Origin: Crocosphaera subtropica ATCC 51142
GTDB lineage: Bacteria > Cyanobacteriota > Cyanobacteriia > Cyanobacteriales > Microcystaceae
Reading direction: 5' to 3'
Length of the DNA: 32,000 nt
Assembly: GCF_000017845.1 (NCBI RefSeq)
Contig: NC_010546.1
Span: 390,001 to 422,000 of the forward strand
In this document: piece after piece, positions 19,232-26,242 of the stretch
Layout: every line of letters begins with the position of its first letter
Position numbering within the stretch: the stretch's first letter is position 1
Position numbers and translations under genes: made by a program
The notes under the pieces: generated by a model
What the model saw: the letters and a program-made list of their open reading frames with translations, nothing else
Told to the model about the DNA's origin: nothing
Databases searched by the model: none

Positions 19232-20092
19232 TTGAGTATGAATGGTTCCACTGCAACTTTGTTAATTTCTTGTCCTGATCAACAAGGATTAGTAGCGAAA
19301 TTTGCTAATTTTATCTATGATAATGGGGGTAATATTATCCATGCCGATCAACATACCGATTTTGAAGCGGGTTTATTTTTAACCCGAATAGAATGGCAAT
19401 TAAACGGGTTTAAGTTATCCCGTGATATGATGGCTTCTTCCTTTGCTTCTGTGGCGAAACCTTTACAAGCAGTGTGGGAAATTCATTTTTCGGATACCAT
19501 TCCTCGTTTAGCTTTATTTGTCACCAAACAAGACCATTGTTTACTAGATTTATTATGGCGATGGCAGGCAAAAGAAATTAGGGCAGATATTCCTCTAATT
19601 ATTAGTAATCACGAAAAATTAAAAGCGATAGCCAAACAATTTGATATTGATTTTTATCATTTTAATCTTACAAAAGAAAATAAAAATCGACAAGAAGCTA
19701 GACAGTTAGAACTTTTAAGAGAACATCGCATTAATTTAGTAATTTTAGCTAAATATATGCAAATTTTAACACCAGAATTTATCAATCATTTTCCCCATAT
19801 TATTAATATTCATCATTCTTTTTTACCGGCATTTGCTGGTGCAAAACCGTATCATCGCGCCCATGAAAGGGGGGTTAAAATTATTGGGGCTACTGCTCAC
19901 TACGTTACGGCGGATTTAGATGAAGGTCCAATTATTGAACAAGATGTTGTTAGAGTCTCTCACCGAGATACGATTCCTGATTTAATTCGTAAAGGCAAAG
20001 ATTTAGAAAGAGTGGTATTAGCTAGAGCCGTTCGTTTACACTTACAACATCGAGTTTTAGTTTATGGTAATCGTACCGTTGTCTTTGCTTAA
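19232..20092 (+). CDS. purU: Formyltetrahydrofolate deformylase
   Basis: An N-terminal ACT domain (LLISCPDQQGLVAKF) is joined to a formyltransferase domain (INIHHSFLPAFAGAKPYHRA, GATAHYV..DLDEGPII.Q). The ORF-track start is a TTG, so the ATG at 19238 is more likely. Confidence 0.9.
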   Translation: MSMNGSTATLLISCPDQQGLVAKFANFIYDNGGNIIHADQHTDFEAGLFLTRIEWQLNGFKLSRDMMASSFASVAKPLQAVWEIHFSDTIPRLALFVTKQDHCLLDLLWRWQAKEIRADIPLIISNHEKLKAIAKQFDIDFYHFNLTKENKNRQEARQLELLREHRINLVILAKYMQILTPEFINHFPHIINIHHSFLPAFAGAKPYHRAHERGVKIIGATAHYVTADLDEGPIIEQDVVRVSHRDTIPDLIRKGKDLERVVLARAVRLHLQHRVLVYGNRTVVFA

Positions 20093-20219
20093 TTGCTATT
20101 GTAAATTATCTTAATTGTGAAAGAGTGAATCGTTAAGTTTCACTAAATTTTTTATTCTCATTGATATCTATTCTAAAATAGTATTAAGGATTAAAAGTAA
20201 AAAAATCTATAGATTTTTC

Positions 20220-21113
20220 ATGACACAACAACTAGCATTCGTTGGACTCGGTTTAATGGGAGGATTTATGGCAGCTAATTTAGCCAAAAAAGGGTTAGCT
20301 GTCAAAGCTTGGAACCGTAGTCCTAACCGTCCTGGCATCACCATAGCACACAATGCTGGTGCCATGATTGCACCTTCCATTGAAGCTGCTGTCAAAGAAG
20401 CAGATATTATCTTTACCTGTGTGGGAGATGTTCCTGATGTTAATGATGTCATCTTTGGAGAAAATGGTATCATTAATCATGCAAAACCTGGAGCATTAAT
20501 TGTTGATTTTAGTACCATTGGGACTCAAGCAGCAAGAGAAATTGGCACTCAATTAAAAGCGCAACAATTTCGTTTTTTAGATGCTCCAATTTCCGGGGGA
20601 GATATTGGAGCAAAACAAGGAACCTTAACCATAATGGTTGGGGGAGAAAAAAAGGATTTTGAAGAATGTTTCCCCTATTTTGAAGCAATGGGAAAAATCA
20701 TTATTTATTGTGGTTCTACAGGTAATGGACAAGCAGTAAAAATGTGTAATCAAGCCTTATGTTCAGTTCATATGATAGCTTTATGTGAAGCAATAAAAAT
20801 GGCAGAAACACAAAATATTGACCCTAATTTAATGATAGAAGTTTGTCAAACAGGGGCTGCTGGTTCCTGGGCTTTAGCTAACTTAGGTCCAAAAATTGTA
20901 GACTCAGATTTAGAACCTGGTTTTGCTATTAAACATTTGTTAAAAGATTTACGATTAGTTCAAGAAATTATGGCAGAATCAGATAATCAATTACCAGGGG
21001 TTGCTTTAGCAGAAAGCTTTTTAAAAGTTGTAGCGAATATGGATAATGGCAAAGCAAAAGAACAAGGAACTCAAGCAATGATTCGTTATTATAATCAAGA
21101 AAATAATGTCTAA
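20220..21113 (+). CDS. NAD(P)-dependent beta-hydroxyacid dehydrogenase (3-hydroxyisobutyrate / 2-hydroxy-3-oxopropionate reductase family)
   Basis: The dinucleotide fold FVGLGLMGGFMAANL, DAPISGG, the catalytic K in AVKMCNQ and a C-terminal all-helical domain are present. Confidence 0.85.
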   Translation: MTQQLAFVGLGLMGGFMAANLAKKGLAVKAWNRSPNRPGITIAHNAGAMIAPSIEAAVKEADIIFTCVGDVPDVNDVIFGENGIINHAKPGALIVDFSTIGTQAAREIGTQLKAQQFRFLDAPISGGDIGAKQGTLTIMVGGEKKDFEECFPYFEAMGKIIIYCGSTGNGQAVKMCNQALCSVHMIALCEAIKMAETQNIDPNLMIEVCQTGAAGSWALANLGPKIVDSDLEPGFAIKHLLKDLRLVQEIMAESDNQLPGVALAESFLKVVANMDNGKAKEQGTQAMIRYYNQENNV

Positions 21114-22404
21114 AAAATTGATTTTTCAAGGAACAACGACCTATGTAAGTGAGCATTGGTATGCTAAAGTTATTTTTCCTTTAGTTGAGGTAAAAAAGCT
21201 ACTACAGACTATTTATGAATTTTTGCTGCACCTCATTTGGTCTGAGTTGATTTATGGCAAAAAACTTGATAATGAGCTAGATAGTTTAGTAGCTTTTTTC
21301 ATCTTTTGTCTTTTGTCTCTTTTAGGATACTATTTTAGAGATTATGTTCAAATTATTATTATTGTTTTTTTTATAATTTGGTATCTAGACTGTTGGTTTG
21401 CAAAACATCAATATTTTCAGAAAAATTCTAAAATTGATATTTATCTCTATGAAATTGATAAAAATAAAATAATTGGTTGTTTATCTTTACCTAAAACCAC
21501 AACCCAATCTGTTTTTGCTAGTTTTTCCCTAGAAGAAGTGAATTATATTTCTATCATCAAATTGCCTTTACTGGGAGGGACTTTTCAAGAAATTTTAGAC
21601 GAAGTTTGGCAGACCGAAATTTATCTATATAACGGTAAACATTTTGTTGTTGATGAGAATCTTTTCCCTCATGAATCACTGGTAACTGCTAAAAAATTAG
21701 CCAACTATTTCAAAGCCGATATTATTTTTGCTCATAGTCAAGGGAAACATTCTTATGTTGAACAGGAACTAAATCCAATATTTTTATCTCATCTATTCAA
21801 TCAAAATTCAGGAGGAGTTAGATATCAAAAAAATTCACGAAAAATTCATATTTATACCCAATGGCAATGGTCAAATAGTTGGAATTTTCTAAAAAGACTG
21901 TTTGAAAAAGCTGGTTTTTTTGTATTTATTATTATTATGAGTGGTTTTATGATTAAATGGGGAGGATTATTAAATAACATAATTTTAGTGATTAGGGGAA
22001 AAGATGATATTATCTATTTATCTTCTCCACTTCAATGGTTAATTCCTAATTGGCATTGGCGAAATATTTTAGAATTTGTTGTCGTTTTAGGTGTTTTTAT
22101 TTATCAAGGCTGGCAATTAAGCCGAGTTAAACATATTTATATTACCAAATATTATCTTAAATTTTTTATTGACAATAAAATGATTAATAAAATAAAAACC
22201 TCAGATATAAAAATCTCATTTGTTATCAATAATTCTTATCCAGAAATTTTAATTATCGGAGAAAATAAAGTGGTTAATATCACTAAGTTTCAACAAGAAA
22301 ACATCGCTCAAATATTTTGGTCTTATCTTGATGAAGCCCTGAAGACTTTTCAGCAACAACAGCCGAAACGACTAGATAATCAAGTCCCAGAGGAAAAGGA
22401 CTAA
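21106..22404 (+). CDS. Hypothetical membrane protein with no recognisable domain
   Basis: The 432-aa protein has two pairs of predicted TM helices (about aa 60-100 and 270-335) separating soluble segments. The gene is very AT-rich. Its ATG overlaps the upstream stop codon (ATGTCTAA). Confidence 0.55.
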   Translation: MSKKLIFQGTTTYVSEHWYAKVIFPLVEVKKLLQTIYEFLLHLIWSELIYGKKLDNELDSLVAFFIFCLLSLLGYYFRDYVQIIIIVFFIIWYLDCWFAKHQYFQKNSKIDIYLYEIDKNKIIGCLSLPKTTTQSVFASFSLEEVNYISIIKLPLLGGTFQEILDEVWQTEIYLYNGKHFVVDENLFPHESLVTAKKLANYFKADIIFAHSQGKHSYVEQELNPIFLSHLFNQNSGGVRYQKNSRKIHIYTQWQWSNSWNFLKRLFEKAGFFVFIIIMSGFMIKWGGLLNNIILVIRGKDDIIYLSSPLQWLIPNWHWRNILEFVVVLGVFIYQGWQLSRVKHIYITKYYLKFFIDNKMINKIKTSDIKISFVINNSYPEILIIGENKVVNITKFQQENIAQIFWSYLDEALKTFQQQQPKRLDNQVPEEKD

Positions 22405-22504
22405 TGAGACTGTTTAGATATTAACTAAAATCCTATTACCAAAAGCAAGTTAATCATGTTATTCTAAATAACTTAAAGGTTATCTAGGATCAGTTATCTA
22501 AACT

Positions 22505-23851
22505 ATGAATATAGTAGATCGTGTTCGTTTAGGGTTAGCTGTAGGTGTTGCAAAAACTATCACTGCTGCGGTTCGTGTTTTGGGTTTAGGGGCTGCTAGT
22601 GTCTTACCTGGGGCTATTTCTCGTCGTTTCCATCCTAGATTATTATCTTTACTTTGTGAACAAGTTAAACAAGGGGTTATTTTAGTCGTAGGAACCAATG
22701 GGAAAACTACGACTTCTTTACTATTAAGAACCATTTTAGAAGACCAAAATTACAAAGTTGCCCATAATGAAACGGGTGCAAACTTAATTAATGGTTTAGT
22801 TACTGCTTTATTAAATAAAACTAATTTGATTGGAACCTTAACCGCAGATTATGCCATCTTAGAAGTTGATGAAAATATCGTTCCACTGTTGCTAAAAGAT
22901 TGTCAACCGAGAGTTCTTTTAGGGCTAAATTTGTTTCGAGATCAATTAGATCGTTACGGCGAAGTTGATGCCATTAGTCAACGCTGGCAAACAGCGATCG
23001 GACCCCTTTCTCCTGAGACTATTATCATCTTAAATGCTGATGATCCCACGCTTTCCTATTTAGGCCAACAATTAACCCAAAAGGTTCGTTATTTTGGTCT
23101 TTCTGAACCCAATTTATATTTAGATGAAATCCCCCATGCGGTTGACTCTATTTACTGTCCTAGTTGCGGTTACCCTTTAACTTATGAGGGAGTTTATTTA
23201 TCCCATTTAGGAGATTATTCTTGTGAAAAATGTGGCTTTCACAAGAGTCCCTTGGACTTGAATAGTCAAGACTGGCCCCAAATTCTGATCGGAGTTTATA
23301 ATAAATATAATACCTTAGCTGCTGGATTAGTTGCCCAAGAATTAAACATTGAAAAAAAGCCTATTTTCCAAACTGTTAAACAGTTTAAAGCAGCCTTTGG
23401 CAGAGCAGAAGAATTAACGATAAAAGGCAAACAGGTTCGTATTTTATTGTCCAAAAATCCAGTGGGTATGAATGAAACCATTAGGGCGGTTAATGATATT
23501 AAAAAAATGGGTAAATCTTCGACAACGTTATTGGTTTTGAATGATAGAATTCCTGATGGAACTGATGTTTCTTGGATCTGGGATGTGGACACAGAACCGT
23601 TAGTTAAATTAGGCGGGAATTTAGTCGTAAGTGGTGATCGCACCTATGACATGGCATTACGTCTGAAATATAGTCAAGACACCCTACCTGAAAAGAACAA
23701 TCATGTTAAATTAATCGTTAAAGAAAACTTACAAGAAGCCATAGAAACTGCTTTAAATCTGACCACAGAAGCAGAAACTTTACATATTGTCCCCACCTAT
23801 TCCGCTATGTTAGAAGTTAGAGGCATCCTAACCGGCCGTCAAATCTTATAA
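22505..23851 (+). CDS. murT: MurT-like Mur-ligase-family protein (lipid II isoglutaminyl synthase ligase subunit homologue, with DUF1727-type C-terminus)
   Basis: The protein has the P-loop GTNGKTTTS, FRDQLDRYGEVD, LNADDP and a Cys4 ribbon (CPSCG...CEKCGF). Its C-terminal LSKNPVGMN and DGTDVSWIWDVDTE are co-linear with S. aureus MurT as I recall it. Confidence 0.8.
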   Translation: MNIVDRVRLGLAVGVAKTITAAVRVLGLGAASVLPGAISRRFHPRLLSLLCEQVKQGVILVVGTNGKTTTSLLLRTILEDQNYKVAHNETGANLINGLVTALLNKTNLIGTLTADYAILEVDENIVPLLLKDCQPRVLLGLNLFRDQLDRYGEVDAISQRWQTAIGPLSPETIIILNADDPTLSYLGQQLTQKVRYFGLSEPNLYLDEIPHAVDSIYCPSCGYPLTYEGVYLSHLGDYSCEKCGFHKSPLDLNSQDWPQILIGVYNKYNTLAAGLVAQELNIEKKPIFQTVKQFKAAFGRAEELTIKGKQVRILLSKNPVGMNETIRAVNDIKKMGKSSTTLLVLNDRIPDGTDVSWIWDVDTEPLVKLGGNLVVSGDRTYDMALRLKYSQDTLPEKNNHVKLIVKENLQEAIETALNLTTEAETLHIVPTYSAMLEVRGILTGRQIL

Positions 23852-24048
23852 GGGTAATAACTCGATGATAATGTCTTCTTTAACTCCTGGGGAAAATAGA
23901 CCATCCTGTGGGGAAAAAGAAGACTGCTTGTGGAGAAACCTGGGGTCATAGGGAAGCCTAGAAATAAATTGTAACCTTGATAGCAGACAAAATCAGAGAA
24001 CTGTGCTACCATCGGGTTTAAATTCAGAGAAATTCCTAAAAATAAGCT

Positions 24049-24546
24049 ATGGGCAAGGTTCTGGTGTTAAATGCGTCCTATGAACCGCTCAATATAACCA
24101 GTTGGCGAAGGGCTGTGGTTCTATTGATCAAAGGCAAAGCAGAGCAACTGGAAAACAACGAGCGATTCATTTATACTGACTTTCCCCTTCCTTCGGTTAT
24201 TCGATTACGCCATTATGTGCGTGTGCCTTACAAAGAAATTCCCTTAACACGCCGTAATATCCTAGAACGGGATCGCCACACTTGTCAATATTGTCGCTAT
24301 AAAGGAGAGCAACTAACCCTGGATCATGTGATTCCTCGATCGCGAGGTGGAGGAGAAACCTGGGAAAATCTAGTCACTGCTTGTGTTCGTTGTAACGTCA
24401 AAAAAGGTAACCGTACCCCTAAAGAAGCACACATGAATCTACGACACCCACCCCGTCGCCCCTATAGTAGTTTACAGTTTGAGTTAGTTAAACACACGAG
24501 AGGCAATCTCAATCAAGAATGGCGTAAGTATATTATCGGTATTTAA
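24049..24546 (+). CDS. Small HNH endonuclease (McrA-like, 165 aa)
   Basis: The HNH core reads CQYCRY...LTLDHVIPRSRGGGETWENLVTACVRCNVKKGN. The N-terminal VLVLNASYEPL segment is typical of this conserved stand-alone family. Confidence 0.85.
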   Translation: MGKVLVLNASYEPLNITSWRRAVVLLIKGKAEQLENNERFIYTDFPLPSVIRLRHYVRVPYKEIPLTRRNILERDRHTCQYCRYKGEQLTLDHVIPRSRGGGETWENLVTACVRCNVKKGNRTPKEAHMNLRHPPRRPYSSLQFELVKHTRGNLNQEWRKYIIGI

Positions 24547-24752
24547 GCCAGTTGTCCATCAACTTCAGCCACTTGGAAACCCATCTCGCACTGGTAAACT
24601 TGAGCCTGTCGAGTATCCCTTTTGTCGAGAGAATGGCCGCAACCCAGTTTTCCATGATGCCACCGTGGTGTCCCTTTTTGATCAGCCAGGAGACAACCCG
24701 GACAGACTTGATTAACAGATAAAATATTATCACGAGTTAAAATAACTAACAT
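24543..24752 (-). CDS. Hypothetical Cys/His-rich small protein (69 aa), tentative
   Basis: An ATG start is preceded by AAAAGAGGUUUAAU, which places GAGG 6 nt upstream. The protein contains CPGC, HHGKLGCGH and a fourth Cys. The codon third positions are A/T-biased like neighbouring genes. I do not recognise any family. Confidence 0.3.
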   Translation of the reverse strand: MLVILTRDNILSVNQVCPGCLLADQKGTPRWHHGKLGCGHSLDKRDTRQAQVYQCEMGFQVAEVDGQLA

Positions 24753-24869
24753 ATTAAACCTCTTTTAGCTGCTTATATGCCTCAACTTTATTTTAAGGCG
24801 CATTATTCTGAAGTTTAGTCTAACTTGCCCATTTCGACATCTATTGTAATCAATTAGTATAAAAGTTTA

Positions 24870-24888
24870 ATGCGATCGGCGATCGCAT
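24870..24888. repeat. HIP1-derived 19-nt palindrome (ATGCGATCG-G-CGATCGCAT)
   Basis: Two 9-nt arms that are exact reverse complements flank one central base. The palindrome marks the left edge of the unassigned structured segment. Confidence 0.6.
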
Positions 24889-24889
24889 A

Positions 24890-25140
24890 GGTTGGGTTGA
24901 GGTATGTCCTAGGCGAGAGTCGACGGGAACGAAACCCAACCATATAAGAGATTATGGTATTGTCTGTGGACTGAGTTTAACCATTGTTGCCATAATCTGG
25001 TTGGGTTTATTAACCGGAGTTCGACCGAAGAAAATCTATGGAAAACTGACAACCAACAAGAAGTCTCAAACCCTGATTCCCTCGCTAAAAAAATTCTAAC
25101 TCCGTTGCGTAGCACGACGTAGTCGCACTCCGAACTCACG
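24890..25140. other. Unassigned non-coding segment with extensive self-complementarity (possible ncRNA or element remnant)
   Basis: No frame has a start-codon-bearing ORF that looks protein-like. GGTTGGGTT occurs twice (24890-24898 and 24999-25007), on either side of its complement AACCCAACC (24933-24941). Further complementary pairs are listed in the findings. Confidence 0.3.
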
Positions 25141-25219
25141 TTTTATTATCTCTGAAACCTAGGAAAATCTACCCCTATCAAGAGTCAGGAAAAAAAAATC
25201 TAAAAAATTCAAAAACTTG

Positions 25220-25248
25220 TTAACCAAAAGACAATCTTGTGCTACAAT
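25220..25248 (+). promoter_or_regulatory. Candidate promoter of trnL(UAA) (TTAACC-17 nt-TACAAT), overlapped by a 15-nt palindrome
   Basis: The -10 hexamer TACAAT is at 25243-25248. The perfect palindrome ACAATTA-A-TAATTGT spans 25244-25258. The mature tRNA 5' end lies about 45 nt downstream. Confidence 0.35.
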
Positions 25249-25292
25249 TAATAATTGTCGGTGAAAAAAGCTAGTTTAGCTTCTGACCTGAC

Positions 25293-25604
25293 GGGGGCGT
25301 GGCGGAATGGTAGACGCTACGGACTTAAGTAAAATTGAGCCTTGTTAGAGAAATCTTGCAAGTGTAAGCTCTCAAATTCAGGGAAACCTAAGTCTAGTTG
25401 CATAGATAGGGCAATCCTGAGCCAAGCTAGGGCCGAAAGGGTTTAGAAGGTGCAGAGACTCGACGGGAGCTACCCTAACAGATTAAGCTGAGGGTAAAGG
25501 GAGAGTCCAATTCTCAAAGCTCAAATTGTGCAGTAGCGAAAGCTGCAAGAGAATGAAAATCCGTTGACCGCAAGGTCGTGAGAGTTCAAGTCTCTCCGCC
25601 CCCA
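25293..25604 (+). tRNA. trnL: tRNA-Leu(UAA) interrupted by a group I intron (exons 25293-25326 and 25556-25604)
   Basis: The joined exons fold as the acceptor pair GGGGGCG/CGCCCCC, the anticodon stem ACGGA/TCCGT with loop CTTAAAA, a long variable arm and the T arm GAGAG-TTCAAGT-CTCTC. The break falls between U34 and A35, as in the known cyanobacterial/plastid trnL intron. Confidence 0.93.
25327..25555 (+). ncRNA. Group I self-splicing intron (trnL-UAA type, ORF-less, 229 nt)
   Basis: Conserved core sequences of the trnL intron are present (AATTCAGGGAAACCTAAG, GCAGAGACTCGACGGGAGCTACCCTAAC, GAGAGTCCAATTCTCAAAG, GTAGCGAAAGCTGC). It ends in G before the 3' exon AAAATCCGT. The exact boundary is ambiguous by 1-2 nt because of flanking A residues. 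Confidence 0.9.
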
Positions 25605-26242
25605 TTAATCCTAAAATTTAGCAGATTGACCCATTTGTGACTTTACCCGTAACTTTGCGTGCGATTCGTTTAGTCGAAATAAGTAGCAATACTTAGGGAT
25701 GACTAGCCTCTATTGAGTAACCCAATAGGGTAGAGTTCGCACTTTATAGCCTCAATAGAGGATAACTCAATAACCATACAGGTGAGGCAAGTATCCTAGA
25801 AAGTCAAGTCCTGTCCTCCAAGCACAGGGGTGAAAACACTTCCCTCACGGTAGAGAATGGTCTTTCAATCCGTGAAGCAGGGATGAAAGGTGAAAGTAGC
25901 GGAAAGCCTTAATTCCGTGACACTGAGTAAAATCCTCAAGGATAACGAAAGTGAAGATGTGTTTAAACTGTCTTGATATGGAATCAGTGACACACTGAGA
26001 GTCCCAAAAGGGCAAAAACTAAGGGAATCAACGATATGCAAAATCAGTTGATAGTGCTTCCCGAAACAGGCAGAGAGCATCATCCTAAAAGGATAAAACA
26101 TGGATATTGGGAACGAAGTAACCCATCTGTTTACTCTCAAAGGTAAGGTCGAAACCAAGAGCAGTCAACCAAGACGCAAAACTCTACTGAAAAGTAGGCA
26201 ACAGGTGGGAGAGATTGAGTCAGAAGCCAAGGCCTTACTGTA

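Noticed and set aside
24533-24733. A 66-aa GTG-initiated minus-strand ORF overlapping the 69-aa Cys/His-rich ORF.
   Set aside because: It has an alternative start codon and no ribosome-binding site. It is out of frame with the better-supported 24543-24752 reading, and only one of the two can be real.
24863-25098. A plus-strand open frame encoding a convincing-looking TM helix followed by basic residues (...YGIVCGLSLTIVAIIWLGLLTGVRPKKIYGKLTTNKKSQTLIPSLKKF), considered as a small membrane protein or type I toxin.
   Set aside because: The frame has no ATG or GTG, and the only TTG lies inside the putative TM helix. It therefore cannot be initiated conventionally. It may be a relic or chance, and it is mentioned so it can be re-checked if a transcript is found.
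25085-25130. GTGCGAC on the minus strand (around 25123-25129), considered as the 5' end of a second, ORF-less group II intron or fragment.
   Set aside because: No domain V-like hairpin with an AGC triad lies downstream on that strand. The candidate would be only about 240 nt, and a GTGCG pentamer is expected by chance.
24909-25139. A 76-aa minus-strand ORF (MSSECDYVVLRNG...) inside the unassigned structured segment.
   Set aside because: The sequence is not protein-like, it has no ribosome-binding site, and it covers a region whose dominant property is nucleotide self-complementarity.
24890-25140. A second group I intron or an intron-containing tRNA (for example tRNA-fMet), suggested by the GAGAGTCGACGGGAAC similarity to the trnL intron core.
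   Set aside because: I could not find flanking tRNA exon halves (acceptor, D or T arms), nor a complete P3-P8 core. The similarity is limited to about 16 nt.
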